Below, in pieces: positions 48,368-62,680 of a DNA stretch of 64,000 bases (the first letter of the stretch is position 1; the number at the start of each line of letters is the position of its first letter). Location: contig MU053594.1 of the NCBI GenBank assembly GCA_013239625.1, positions 770,355 to 834,354 of the forward strand, written 5' to 3'. The notes below the pieces were generated by a model. That model did no database searches, was not told the origin of the DNA, and saw only the letters and a list, made by a program, of their open reading frames with translations. Position numbers and translations under genes: made by a program. Source of the DNA: Lama guanicoe. Lineage: Eukaryota.

Positions 48368-51199
48368 ACGTAGTGGGGAATCTGAATGTGCCAGATGTAA
48401 GAAATTATACAAGAAATCCATATTTCTGAAGATGCCTCACTTTCCTGGATGCTTAAAAGTAAAGTGATGTCATTCCAGAAAGTCCAACAACTCAGAGCTC
48501 AGGAGCTGCTGGGCTAGAGGTGAGCGTAACTGGACGCCCTGTCCCGGGACGGTGGTGCAGGGAATCCCATGCAGTTCTGGGATCCTGGACACCGCAGCCA
48601 CCATCTTTTTTAGCCCTTGATGCTAGAAGCGGTTCCTGCGTGTCTGGAATTACCATGATTGTTCAAGCAGGGAATCAGCATATGATCCCTGGGCAATGGG
48701 AACGAGCGTCTTTCCAAGGGGTTTCCTGCCTTGACACACTAAGTAAAATGGCTGCTGGCCTGGGAAGGGTCTGGGCACGTGGCCTGAGTTCAGATCCTCA
48801 GGGAAGTTGGTAATCTGAAGCAGGAGTCCAGCTCCTGGTAGGCTGGGTCACACTCTTGTGTCCAGCATATGACAGTCTACAGAGATGGACGGGGGACTGC
48901 CCTGCATATGGCATCCATTATCCCACTGGGTTGGGCTTTTAAAGAACGAAAGAACACCTGCCTTCACGTTCTTTTGAGAAGCCGCTTAGGAAGCCCAAAA
49001 CCCCGCACTGACGTGTTATACAGAAGCCTGTCTGAGAAGCTCAAAAGCAAGACACCACTGTCCTTGTGAGCAGCCTCAGATCTACCCCAAGACGTCCCTT
49101 TCAGCTCATCTATTTCAGTCACTGAAGCCCCAGCACATTTCATGTGTGGAAGCCAGAACACAACGGCTGGCAAGGAGGCAGAAGAGCCAAGCCAAACCGT
49201 CACCACGTACTGCAGTGTGGATACCAGGTGCCCATGGCTCTCGGCCCCCATTTGGCTGTAAGTCTGTGAGGCTGACTGGCTGAGAAGCTGCACCCCAGGG
49301 GATGTTACACCTTAATGGGAGATGACATAGCAGGTGTGGAGGACAGTTGTTGAAGACACTGGATCCTGGGACCTCTTTTCTTGTGGGTGGACAGGGTCAT
49401 GCTGGTACATCCCAGTGGTGGTGGTCACGCATCAAACAAAATCTTAACCCATCACCTAAACTACTGGGATCAGGAGCGTAAAGTCATCCCTGCAAGTATC
49501 TCTGAGGGCTGACCTGACCACCTTGTCATTCCTGTCTTCCCGAAAGACAGAAGAATGAAGGCAGAGGGGATTCAAAGCCCCCCCACCCCGACCTTTCCGG
49601 TTATCTCAGTGAGAACACAGCTTCAGCCAACAGTGACGTGAGCCAGTGACTGAACTAGAATTCCTTGTCACACAGCCAGGACTTATCCTGGGGCTGCCAC
49701 CACCAACCTGAGAAACCGACCAGACTCTTTTGGAAATCAAGAGAGCATTTCCCTAAGGAAGCACTGCTTCAGCAAAAGATGCAAAGAAAGTCATGTGTGT
49801 AAGAGCAAGACACTGACAAGTAACAACAAAGTGAGGCATGAGCAGTTTTTACTCAGAATAATCTAGAAAACGCTCAAAGAGAAGCTCAGAAAGCGGTTGC
49901 ATTGACAGACATACTTTTTTTTTTGGGTCTTATATCTGGTCTCTTTGTCTAAATTTCTCTATGTGGAATATTTTTCTCATTTAATGTCAACAGACCGATA
50001 GGCAGCCTTCCATAGAGAATCTGATTTTGCAGTGGCTCAGGACAGATTGATGATCGGATTATCTGCCAAATGCCCCGTTCTCCTTCCGAGGAGATGCAGT
50101 CAGACTCCTGTGTGATCGGACCATCTCCCTCTGGAATGCTTTACTCTGGTACCAGGACAAAGTCAGAGTGCCACCTACAAGCCAGCCAGACCACAATTCA
50201 TACTGATGGTCCAGACTCAGGAGGAAGCAGATAAACTCTGGGCACGAATGAAAAGATCATTATAGCAAGAAGACCCTGTTTTGCAAACAAAAATAGGGAC
50301 GAAGGGCAATTATAATTGCTCTTCTCATCAAGACAATTTTGTCTCTCTTCTTGCAGGTAGAAGTCCTAAGGCTTTTCAGAGCTTACAGAATGAAATTGGC
50401 TGTAACCCAAGCCTTCTTTTGAGCTCATCTGGACTTAACCGTCTTCATCTCCAACTGAGACAAACAGGAGGGAACGGAACTCCTGAGCCCCAGGGCGGCA
50501 CTCACTTGAAAGTCAATTACGTCTAGAGCAAGATAACGTTAAGATAAGGACACTTCTGAGAAACAGAGAGAGGTGTCTGCTTTCCTGGGAGTAAACCAAT
50601 TACTTCCACTAATAATAATAATTCTCTGAACATCTCCTTAATGCTCCCTGATAAATCTCAGCTCCTCCTCTTGCTGGGTCTTGATCAGAGTGACGGAGAA
50701 GATGCACAAGGCGAAGCAGTATGAGAGCTGTCGCTGCTCAGAGTGGCTGATAATTAACCCTTCTTCTCTCCCTTCCCCAGTCCCGGTGGGGCCGTGACAA
50801 TGAAACACCGAGTCTGCGACGGCACTAAGCGATTCCTGGGTCACGGGGGGAAGTGTTTCAGCGAGGACGTGCACTCAACCACAGTCCCTACGCCGGGGAG
50901 GAGGGGATGGTACAAAGAAAGCTCATAACGGACTAGATTTGACAACAACAGGGCTTCCACGTGCAGAAACCACCATCAGTGCCCGGAGATGGGCAGTCAA
51001 CTTTTAAATATTAAACAGCATTCAATAGTTATAGCCATGACCTGAACACATGAGTTATGTGTTCTGAATAATGATCATTTCTGAAGACTAGGAGGATAGG
51101 TTCACTTAATTAAAATACCATCTATAGAATTGTCATATTCTACATTTATAGTATTACGCAATACAGAGTTCCACCTGCAGAAGAGGTAAAGGCTATTTT

Positions 51200-51344
51200 G
51201 GGGGAGGCAGCTGGGAGGGTACTTATGTTTGTTTGTTTATTTATTTATGTATTTATTTTTAATGGAGGTACTGGGGATTGGACCCAGGATCTTTTGCATG
51301 GCATGCTAAGCATACACTCTACCACTAAGCTATACCCCACCCGC
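51200..51344 (-). mobile_element. tRNA-derived SINE (same family as 18.6 kb copy)
   Basis: aatggaggtactggggattggacccagg...ctctaccactaagctatacccc; TSD aaaggcta at 51188 and 51345. Confidence 0.85.
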
Positions 51345-52212
51345 AAAGGCTACTTTTTAGAAAAGTATTTCTAGATTAGATTCTTGAATCTCATCTGAAG
51401 CACTATTGTTATTTCACTCTCTGTCATTTAATCACACAAATCTGTGAAAAATGATAGGCATGATCAGATGGTGGGTCCTGGTGGGGGTGGGTGTAGCAAT
51501 TAAGATCTAAGGATTAATATCTAGCTTCAGTTTTCAAACTGAATCCCACATCCCCCAAACTGAAGCAAGTAGTCAGAAAAATTTCAAAGGCTAAATGCTA
51601 CTGACTTAAAAAAAAAAAACCAAAAAACCCAGAACCATTTGTGACAAATCATTCTAATCTCATAAATTTAATGCTCTATAAAAGTAACAAATGACCTGAG
51701 AGATGTCATTTGCATTGCTTCCAGAGGAAATGTGATGTGGTAATTTACCAAGACCGATCATGATAAAATAAGCAAGCAACAAGATGAGTTGAGCTGGAAA
51801 GGTGAGGGCTGAGTGGGTTTTTAGATCACTAACTCAGCGGCTTTATGATCCAGAGCCACGTCAACCAGGTGAGAGTCAAAAATTTTCATCATTTCAAAAA
51901 CGCCTGGCGTGGGAATTGGGGCCGTTTATTTCTCTAAGTATAATTGCCTGGATGTGATTTTACCAGCTCCAGCAAGAGAATAAGACCCAGTTTTAGGAAA
52001 TCATAAGGGTTTGTTCATCCGCTCCCAACACAGCTTGCTTGCTCATCCTAAAATGACACTGTTACTAAGCGATGTCTACCACTATTGACCTATTTCTTTT
52101 GTCTAACTAAATTACGAATTAGTTTAGCATGTCTGGTTATTAAACCGGAACGGTGGGTTAAACTGCAACGCTTTCAAAACTAAAGTCTGGCTAGTGGTCA
52201 GGTAAGCTATAC

Positions 52213-52242
52213 CTCTTGCTTCTCTGGTCGAGTCCACGAAGC
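52213..52242 (-). CDS. NCAM1: NCAM1 VASE (pi) alternative exon, 30 nt
   Basis: ctccag|GCTTCGTGGACTCGACCAGAGAAGCAAGAG|gtatag = ASWTRPEKQE, phase 0-0. Confidence 0.97.
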
Positions 52243-54929
52243 CTGGAGAGAACAAGATACAAAACACAACAAGAAAGCAGTAAAATTTTACAACATGTTG
52301 CTTTAGAGAATCGACGTTATCCCACTGCATTCCGTGCACATGCAGTTTCTTTTTCACTCAGAACATTTTCCGAGGCCCTCTTTCAATGGTGTGTTTATTA
52401 TTACCCCCTTTTAATTTAGGATATTTAGTTTACGTTCAGCACCCCCCCACCTCTTATGCACATTAAGATATATAATTCAAAGCCTTTCCTAATCTTTGGA
52501 AGACATACATGTGGATACCAGCAGACATATTAGACTGCTCCTGTTCCAAAACGTCTTGAAGACTCCTTGTGATATTACGTGACACTACTATTTCTAACCA
52601 CGCCATCTAGAGATACTTAGAGAGTAGGTCTCCTCCCTTGGACTTTATTGGACAGCTTATCACAAATACACTAATGCCGTTTTGCGCTCATGCAGTTTAT
52701 AGCTCTCTGCATGCATCCTATTAAAAATCAAATTTTTCGGTAAGAGAAAAAGGAACAAAGAAAGGAGTAGAGGGGTACATTAGGAGTGAGAAGTATGCCC
52801 TTAAGACTATGGGTCAGGAAGCTTTGGGGATCCTGGACTCTGAGTGCCCTAGTGGGTACCAGCCAGTTCTTAAAGGCAGAAGAACGTCTGGACGACACGG
52901 AGGCTCACATGTGCACCGTCTCCATCAAACATGACATTCACAAAGGAGCGAGCCAACTCAGGGACAGAGGGGGTTTGGGTATCTTCGTACCCACATCAAG
53001 CTTTTTAACTTATCCAGCACTAGGAAATCTACTCTGCTTATAGTTTTTTTTTTTATGATTTTGTGCTGGGAGTCAAAAACATCATACCTGCAGCTATTCT
53101 GTATCAGATGGCATGACTGCCTGATTGTCCCTGATGTTCAGATGGACAAAGGATAGAAAAGAGGCCAGAGGACACAGCAGTGCAATCCCGGAGATGCACA
53201 TGGGTTAGCACACATTTAGTAAGAGTCCACTAAATGCCAGGAGCTTTTGTGAGAAATGAGGATGGAAATGTTGGATTACGTCACAGGATGCTGGTGTGAA
53301 GAAGTGACAGAGGAACATGCAGAGAGCAAAGTCATGGTGGGCCACACGTCAAATGTGGTTGCTGATTCCACGTCACTCAGAAGCTTGTCTGTCACATGCC
53401 AGGGCTGCAGGGATCAATGCTCAGGGACTGTATCACAGGGAGCTCTCTGTTTTTCAGATTTGACTCTTCTTGTGTCTCTCCCAAATCACCATGGTTTTGT
53501 GGCTTTTAGAATAAGTAGGTAACACAATATTTCTAGTAGCCTGACCTTCCACCTGGGTGCCTGGTGAGCTGATACAAGATGCCTTGACCCTGATAATTTG
53601 GTGAAGGCATGTGGCTGACTTTAAGACCATCTGATACACAGATATATACACTTACACATTAGCATGTGGCTAGTAATGCTCCCAAAATTGTTACTTCCAG
53701 GTTTTTAAGAAAAATATTTGCATGTTTTATTATCTACACACAAATCTGTAGGAATATGTATATATAAACTACAGTGAAGTGGTAAACACTTATCCCAAGT
53801 ATTTCCTGTTATACTTTGCTCACATCCTGGATAAACCAGACTCCAGTTGTTCAGTTCAGGTCCCTTTTCCAACGTTTATGAGTGGGTAGCTCATTTGTAT
53901 TGAATGAGGAATTCTTCCTGGTGAAGAGAAGCTCCAGTTTCCAATGAATCCAGAATTTCAAAAGGCTTCTCTCTCTTTTTTTTTTTTTTTGTGGGAAACT
54001 CTGTTAACTCAGGATTTAAGGTTCATGAAATGCCTTTCACTTACTTAGATCTCTTCTGATCTCAACTCTTTGCTCCTCCCCTTCTCCTGAGACATTAAGG
54101 TTTCACATGTCTTTCTTTACCAGCCTCTTCAAAGGCAGAGAGATGTTCAAATGAGCATACAACGGAATTGGTCTGCCAGGGACAGAGTATGCAAATCACC
54201 ACCCTGGGGTTTCACTTTTTATGTACATGGTGCCTGGAATTTAGCGCCATTCACTGTGGTTTTTTAAATACCTGGCAATCTTTCAAGTGAGTCTGGATAG
54301 GATGAGTAATAAAATGATGTGGTTGCTCGAACTTTCTTTGTATCTGTAGCATCACAATGACCTCCAAACACATCGATGAAACTGACCAGCTCTGATGTTC
54401 ACATTTTTTGTCAACATATTAGCGATCACGAAGAAATGGATTAACTTTCAGACAGGTGATAAGCTGCTCTAGAGATCTTAATGATCCAAACTTAACCTAG
54501 CTATTATCAGCTGTTGAGTGAAACCAACCGAATGAACTGAAGCCTAACAGATTGGTTATAATCTCAAATGAGTGACTGGACTAAACCTAGAGACATTATC
54601 AAAGATAGGGTGTGATTTTTGGGGCTCATTGTATTGGCTTTTACTTTTTTTCCTTTCTTTTTTTTTTTTTAATGGAGAACATCAGTGTTCCATTTGAAAG
54701 TCACTGCAGGTCTCTGGTTGAAAGCCTCTTCTCCCATCTTCTCTTAAGAAGGATTAATACCAGACGCAGCTAAGCAGGGAAGCTGAAGACCAAGCTGCTT
54801 TATTTAATTAGGTCCTACTGTCACCCACTTTATTAAAGTAAGCACCGAGCCTTCCATAAATGTCAACAGAATCACGAGAGACCACCATGGCATCGTGTGC
54901 TCTCCCTCAGGGAAGCCCAGGCGGCATTC

Positions 54930-55800
54930 TAAGGGTTCTGTACTTGACCTTGTCCCAACCAACTTTTTTTTATCACGAACTTGGGTGAAGATATCTCAGA
55001 TAAGCGTTCACACAAGGTTGGAAGCAACAGCTAATACAGATGCTAGATGGCAGCTGCATGGGGAACGGTGAATTGCTTGCCGTTGGGTCTTGTGCTTAGA
55101 GCTGAGGTCACCATTGACTGCTAGACCCCCCAACGCACATAAATACAACAGGGAGCCCACATTGGTTGAAATGCCTTGGACCCCCAGTCCTCAAAGGAGA
55201 GTTCCGATGAAAGCCAGTCCTGACTGGTCAGAAAGATGGACTGAAATGGTCGCTCTCCAGCCAGGGAGTGTTTCTGCATGGGACATTTTTGGTAATCACA
55301 ATGATTAGAGATGGTTACTAACATTTAAAGGGAAGGGACTAGTGGTGCTGCACAGGACAGTCCCAGTGAAGAAAAAGTCTTCCCCAACTGTCATGGTGAC
55401 CCCACTGGGAAATGCTGGGTTGCTACAAGCACAACACAATGTTTAACAGAAATAAATATAAAATTCTACATTGTTGGCTAAGCAATCAATTGCACAAGAA
55501 CAAGATAGGGGATATGTGGCTTAAATGCAGCTCATGCCAAAAAGACCTGGGCGTTTTAGTTGACCACAAGTTCAATAAGGAAAAAACTGAAGGAGGAAAC
55601 TGCTCAAGGGCTAATGCAACATTGACTTCATTACTGTGTCCAGGTCAAGGGAGCAATAACCCTTGGATGACTGCATTAGCTATACTAGGCACCACAAACT
55701 TACAGGGGAAACCACTGAACTGAAGCTGTCTAGTACAGGACAACTAGAAAGGTGAAGGGTGTGGAAACTGCGAGATGTAAGAAATAGTGAAAATAACTGT
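54930..55800 (+). mobile_element. L3/CR1 LINE fragments interrupted by a MER3-like element (~55240-55410)
   Basis: ORF 55412 contains FNRNKYKILH...KDLGVLVDHKFN, typical of CR1 ORF2 C-terminal region. Confidence 0.65.
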
Positions 55801-58378
55801 GTGTGTCAAAGGGAAGAAGAGAAGACCTACTAAAGGAAAATTGAAGAGCTAGTAATGGCTCTCACACAAGGCCCGAGTGGCAGAGGCTGGAAAGGCTGAG
55901 AAGGGGCAGGGCAAGAAAGCAGTGCCCCTGACCACTGGTGTTGGCCACCTGCCCTTAGAGGACTGAAGCTGCCACCCTTTGATCAGGGGCTAAGTGACTT
56001 TCTGGCAGGGAGACTAGATAACCTCCAAAGGAAGCTTCCTTCCAACCTTCTCTGATTCTGGCAAGTTATGAGAGCCTTCTTTCCCTTCCCAGTAGACACA
56101 ATCCTCTATTTTTACTGATTAGCACATGAACTTGACTTTAAAAAAACTGTTTGCTTCCTCTCCTACAATCCCGTGACTCTAATAATCTTGATACCTCATT
56201 ATATACAATGCAGCCTCAGACGGAGGAGAACCTGAGGACCAGCGGCCGAAATCAAAGTGAAACTTACTATCTGGAGTCCAACTGGCTCACGAACAGGTCA
56301 TCTGTGTTTCCTTAATTTTTAGTCACCCACAGCGTAAGGTGGCTATCATGCCTCTTCGAAGTCAGTATATAATTCATAGAAATGGTAACTTTTCTACATA
56401 GGGTTTCATTTAGGCAAATAGGCTGATGTGGTGTCACATCCTTGGCCAATTTGGAGGACTCGTTCTAACACTGATTTACTCCTGTTTAAGTAATGTCACT
56501 TGAAGGCAGTCCATAGTAAGAAAGAAAGCACATTACAATTTATGTGCCTGGGCTTAAACAATTATCTCAGATTGAGGCCAATGATCTACACTGATAACTG
56601 AATCATACAAAGACTACTTGGCTTGAGACAGTCTCTGCTGGATAACTTTGGTTTTAATATTTAGGAAGTATGAGTATGTATTAATGTCTGGTTTTTTTTT
56701 GTTCTCAGTCTATAAAAATGAATTCACAGCTACAGGCCAGAAGCGCCCACCTATTAAAGGATCTGAAGTAGGCACAAATCTTAATAACCCTTCTGGTCTA
56801 GCTTGGCAGTTGAGCTCTTCCTAGAAAAGATAGAGAATTTAAAACCATCATTCATCTAGGGTAGATGTTATGTCCGTCCTTCACTGTAGGTCAGAGATAT
56901 ACACTGGGTCATTCTGGACAAATCTACTCTCAAGCCTGATGTAGAAAAATCTACCAAGTGGCAGCCCTGTGGCTGAAGCCCTGAAATGTACATTCAATCC
57001 ACATAACACACATGATGGGAGCTGAAATCTGAGCTGAAGGTTTAATTCCAATGTTGATAAAGAAAGTATCCAAGTAAACACCACGTTACTTAATTCAGTT
57101 GGTTTTCACAATATCAAACAGCATATGCAAGTTTCAAAAATACTTAGCAGTTCCTCAGCTGAGTTTTCGTTCAGTTGAATTCAACTCTGGAGGTAAAACT
57201 TGCAAAAAAATACTTTGTTTTTGTTTTTGTTTTTTGGAACGGCAACTTCTGTTCCTCTTGACTTAGTTTTGTGTTCTATTAGTGGGAAAGAAATCAGTTC
57301 CTCAAATGCAAATCCCATATTTGGCCCCGGTATTTCACACTATCCTTTTAATGGCTTTATTTGTGTCTAGTCTACCCTCTCTAGGGACTTCCTTCAGGCA
57401 GGCAGAAGAGTTGAAGATCTATCATTTTTGACATTCTGGTCAATCAGCAATCCACAATAAATGTTCTTTAGGGTGAAGGCCATCATTCCTGAATAGGCGA
57501 CAAAGCTTTGGGCAACATTAAAATGAAGCCCATAACTACAGGATATATGAGATGAGATTGGAGAAACGCCACAAGAGGGTTTAAGCTGCTTCAAAACCAA
57601 GCTTCTTCCTCCTCCTGTCTTTTGGCCCACTCAGTAGCAAAGGGCTGCACGATGTGGGGTCACCTCAATTTTTATATATTGTCACTAGTAAAGACAGCTT
57701 TCTGGTGGCCTAAAAATCCACGTGCTTTCAAGCGAAATCTTCCCAGTCATTTACATTTGCCAGGGAAGTTGCTATAATGTTCTTCAACGCTCAGTGAATA
57801 TATTGCAGAACCTGGTGTAATTATCATCGTGTAGAAACTGCTAATTATTTTTGCCTTTAGAACAAAATGATACCCAAACGTGACCGAGGATACAGGCAGA
57901 CACGAAGGCAACCACGGTTTTGTGCGTATAGTGCATGGATAGCATGAGCGTACAAACCACAAGGAGAAGAATTACTAGGCTCATTCTGATCCCTATTAGT
58001 TCCGGGAGACTCTTCCCTGGGTGCTCCTGAGATGAAGATAGTGTCACCCGGTGCACCAGGATCCTAGCTTTCCTAGTTGCTCACAGCTCCATAACCCTGG
58101 GCTTTGAGAATCACCATCCCCTTCCTCCCTGCAATGTCTGTCTTGACCTTACTCACTAACATCACACCCCTGCAAACCCATGCAAGGCACTGTGCCCCTT
58201 CCACTGCAAGGGGATGCTGAGCGAGCCACAGCCAGGGCAGGATGGAGGAGGGGGGCCATAGGACCTGACCATGGCCTCTGGTGACCACATGCCATCTTCC
58301 GGCTCCCCCAAAAGAACTGGGCATGGGGCAGGCTCAGTCTGCGTTCCACGGCCCTGAAACTCCTGGGCGACATTGTAC

Positions 58379-58521
58379 CTTTTCTTCGCTGCTGATATTT
58401 CGGGTGGAAGTTCTCCAGGTGATTGTGGGAATGGGGTCTCCCGAGGCTTCACAGGTAAGAGTGACCTGCTCCTCCAGTTCCATGGCGGTCTGGTTTTCTA
58501 CGTAAGTGATTTTGGGTTTTG
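58379..58521 (-). CDS. NCAM1: NCAM1 exon 7 (Ig4 first half), 143 nt
   Basis: tcttttcag|CA AAACCC...GAAAAG|gtacaa; (A)KPKITYVENQTAMELEEQVTLTCEASGDPIPTITWRTSTRNISSEEK. Confidence 0.98.
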
Positions 58522-61500
58522 CTGAAAAGACAGAACATCTCATAAGTTGATTTGATTTTTTTTTTAACCTGCCAGGTTTAATTTATAACATCCACCCATT
58601 CAACAAAGGTTCTCAGCTTATCAAGGAGAAGGCCCTGTTCTAAGGTCCTAGGCGAGATAATGAGCTGAACTCCCCCGGGAGATTCCAATGGAGCAGGCAT
58701 GTCACAACAGCACAGTGACAGTAATCAAAACAACATCCTGGAGGGTAAGAGTGCTGAGGGCAGCGGGTGTAGGAGGCAGGAGCGGAGGTAGAGCACCCCT
58801 CTGGCTGAGGCCCCACAAGGAGGCAGCTTTGGGGCTGGGTTGTAAGATTTTCAGTAGGCGGAACTTCAGGTGGACACAGAGTCATTCCAAGTGCAGAAAA
58901 CTGCTTGAATAAAAGCAAAGAGTCAAGAGCACGTGAGGAGATGATGGGAGAGAGAGCAGTGTGGCATGGGCCATGTGTCTGGGCCTCAAAGCAGTGGGAG
59001 ACCATGCTGGACCCAGGCAGGGAGCATCCTGGTTCCCGGGTTAAACCTCTTGCTTGAATTTTATCCTGTGGCTCCAGGGCGGGGCTCACTGACAGTGTTT
59101 GGTCAGCGGAATGACATGATCATTTGTATTAAAGGCAGGGGAATTGAGGCAAAATTCAAGACGGAGAAAACCTTAAGGTGGGAAAACCAATCCGGAAACC
59201 CCGGCAGCGCTCCAGATGTGACGTAATACAATCCTGAACGTCGTCTCAGGGGACCAGAGAGGAAAGGGTGGCTTCAAGAGAGATGCTGAAGGAAGGTTTT
59301 ACAGGAAGTGGCAAGTGAACAGAGGGCAAGTAGAGACGGCAAGAATCCCAAGGAGGAGTGAGGAGCCCAAATGACTCTCAGATTCTTAACGACTATGAGG
59401 CTGTGTTAGCATTAACTCAAGGACGGAAATGTGGCGAGTAACTCACTGGGGGCTGTGGAGTGGGGCTGGGGATCGGGAAGGACATGAGATGAGTTCATTT
59501 TCCAAATGTTTTGGGTAATGCAAGAAAACACGAGCATTCAAAAGCTGAGTTTAAATGTTAGAGCATTAGAGAAAATTGAATGTTCCCAATTTAAAACAAT
59601 TATACTCTGAAATTGCTGAACCTCCCACAGAAGAGAAAAGATAACACTGCACAAATGTAACTTATTTTGCTAATAGAGAAAAAAGGCCAGGCTAGATAAA
59701 CAAACGAACAATAAATAAATCAGAATTATGGATAATTTTTGAGAGAACTGCATTTCCTTTATATTTAAAATCATACAGTACCTCCAAGGAGGCTAATAAA
59801 ACTACTGCCTATTATATATCCTCCAAGTTGAGGCCCTGATTCTGCTTTAATAAACAGAAAACAATGACTGAGCTACGCATTTTCTGTAGCAAATACTTCC
59901 TTCTGTATAAAATGACCTATACGGTTCAAATATTCTCCTACAGTTAATCTGTACTAACAGCTTGCTTATAGCAAATCCTTCCTGACGGCTAGCATCCAGG
60001 CACATCTCAATCCGATGTGGCCAAATGATCACAAATTTGAACTGATGGAGCCCGCATGAGTGAGGTTTTCCCACAGGAAGACTTTGTGTCTGTCTTGATC
60101 AACAGAACTTTCAAGAAGGCTACGACTCATACTGGATGGAGTAACTTGTTAAGTGCTGTTGACAGAGGTTTTAGGGAGGGGAAAGAAAAGCTGAGTTTCT
60201 CTACTGTTAAAATCCCAGATTGAAAAGTTGGGAAAAAAAAAAAACCAAAACAGCCAAACAACTGAATTCACTGAACTGACAGTTGTTCTGGGATCTGGAG
60301 GCAGCCACAGGAAGGCTGACTCTTTAGCCTCTTGGAACCTGCGTGGACACTGTGATGGAGACAGTGTTTGCTGACCCTCTCCGGCCCATAGCACTTTGTA
60401 CTGGCACAAAAGGTTAACAGAAGACAGACAAGGGACAGCTAACGTCTGTTAATAATATTTGGTCTTGGTGACTCCTTTTCCCAGATGGTTATGGAGGCTG
60501 CTCTGTGCTAAGTCTTCAGAAAATAAAAACACTATTAACAATGGCTAAGTCTGAATGGTCTACAGAGGCTGTGGGAAGGAAGGTAAGCTTCTCACCGGCG
60601 GCTTAATCCCTTCTGCACCCCAGAAGCAATGCTGCTGTCAGAATTAATGGAAGGCTTAGAACATTACCTTAGAAATAGGATCACAATATAATTAATTGTC
60701 CAAACTGGGGCACTCTTGAGAGTGAAAGGCATGCAGTGGGTATCACTGAGCAAACAGGGACAGAGGTAGGGTCGCCTTACTTATAAAAGATTCCCTCCCT
60801 CTGCATAACAGCATCTGGAAGCGTCTCTCCAGGTTTCATCCACCAGTGGTACTTGCTCCATCTTAATGAACCTCTGTTGCTGGCCTTCGACTTTGGATCC
60901 TTGTTCTGCTCTCCACCTGCCACAGTGGGACCCAGTGCCTCCGACTACTCCAGCGCATCTCTCCCATGGACCCTCCTGTGAGCACAGTGGTCCTTGTGAG
61001 TTTTCCCAGCATGCCGCTCTCCCCTCCGGCAAGTCCTCAGCTCTGCACCTGCCACTGAGGGCCAGCCTCGTCTACCCTCACGCCAATCCAGGCTCCTGCA
61101 ACCCTATTCCAAGGATGGGTCCAAGGCCTCTGCTTCCCTGCGCTAAGGTGTTGGGCATAATCAGATGTCCCATCCCTCAGGCACCTGTCTGTCCTTTGCT
61201 GTAACTCACAAGGGCTGCTCTGGCCCTAAGGGGGCGACCAAGTGAAGCTTCTGCCCACTTGGTGAACTCGCCCCAGCCCACGGCAGCATGAGACCACAAG
61301 ACCATTCTCACGAGCATGACAAGAATCTGTGGAGACAAAAATACTTCTTCAGAAGGGCCCAGGGGAGAGGAGCAATGGAAATTCACTGCCAAGTTTAAAG
61401 GCAGATAGGATGCAACCACTTAGTAAAAAGAGCTTCTGGCTGATAACTAGGGCAGTGCCTCCTAGACCATGTCCCTTTCTTAGGGAAAAAATGGTATATG

Positions 61501-62106
61501 TCAGGACAATGACGGCAGTCCCGAACTTACACACGCCCCTTACACACTCATTCCCAGCGCTTCTTGAAGCCACAGCTCTGAGCACCTCTTTACTATCTAA
61601 GCTATGGTTCCTCTCCTCTTCTGTCTCATTGCTGCGACTCTGCAGCCACTGGGGAACCAGCCCCTTGTCTCCCCTAGTGCTGGGCCCCGATGGCAAGCCA
61701 GGGGAAGGAGAGGGAGAAAGGGTGGAAGAAAGATGAAGTCCCAACTGGCTAGTCCTGCCCCACGGGGCTCCCAGGCCCTAGTCCCAGTCTCCTAAACCCA
61801 CAGGGGAGGCCAGGAGGAGGAAGAGAGAAAGGGGGTCAGAATGTGGGATGGAGAGGGAAACGAGGGTGGACCCGGGGTACCAGGCTACTCCCAGGAGCCC
61901 ATGTGGACTCTCCTCGGGATGTTACAGAGGAGGGTTCTCATTCTGGCTGGGCCTGGATTAGACGCAGTTCCTAGGAGTCTGTGACCCTCTCACCTGTCTC
62001 TGCAGGAGTCTGCCCACATCTCCCTGTTTGCTCTACTGGGCTGCCTGACGTACATTCTCCCAGCTGCAGGCTTGGGAAAGAATGATGGTAGTGGAGTGAG
62101 TGAGAG

Positions 62107-62146
62107 AGTGTGTGTGTGTATGTGGCTGTGTGTGTGTGTGTGTGTG
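62107..62146. repeat. Imperfect (TG)n microsatellite
   Basis: Directly visible. Confidence 0.85.
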
Positions 62147-62489
62147 ATGTAGCAGGGGATGTGTGACAAGGAAGGAGAGTGGAAAGACAAACCCTGCCTG
62201 GACACCCCCTTCCCTGGACCTTACCCACCTTCTTCACTCAAGCCCGCCCCGAACTCCTCCTTCCTGGGGCCGCCACCCCACCAGAGGGCCTGGACCAGAA
62301 GCGAGATCTGTTCCCGAGCAGCCAGGTGAGAACTGAGTGTACTTCCCCAGAGAATCGACATAATCCACGGAGGGAAAGGCAGAGGACGCTAATTACCAGT
62401 CATTCCACGTGTAATTCAGATACAACATGTGTTTCACTGGGTTTCACGGAGGAGGAGCTACCACGGTGAGACCAGGGAATGGGTGAGAA

Positions 62490-62680
62490 AGCCTGGGTTT
62501 GAATCCTGGCTCCTCGGGTGGGGCACCTCCTGTCTCCGTGCTCAGTTTCCTCATTTGTGAAATGGGGATAAAAATCCAGTCTGCCTCATAGGACTGTGAT
62601 GAGGTAATAAGAGCTCATTTATGAATAGTAATTCATATAGTATGATATGGGCTTACTTGGTGTTGCGCATTATTATTATT
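62490..62680 (+). mobile_element. MIR SINE
   Basis: cctgggtttgaatcctggctc..ctcagtttcctcatttgtgaaatggggataa. Confidence 0.8.

Noticed and set aside
51260..51340. tRNA gene
   Set aside because: Degenerate tRNA-like head with AT-rich tail and TSD, and a second copy at 18.6 kb, so it is a SINE
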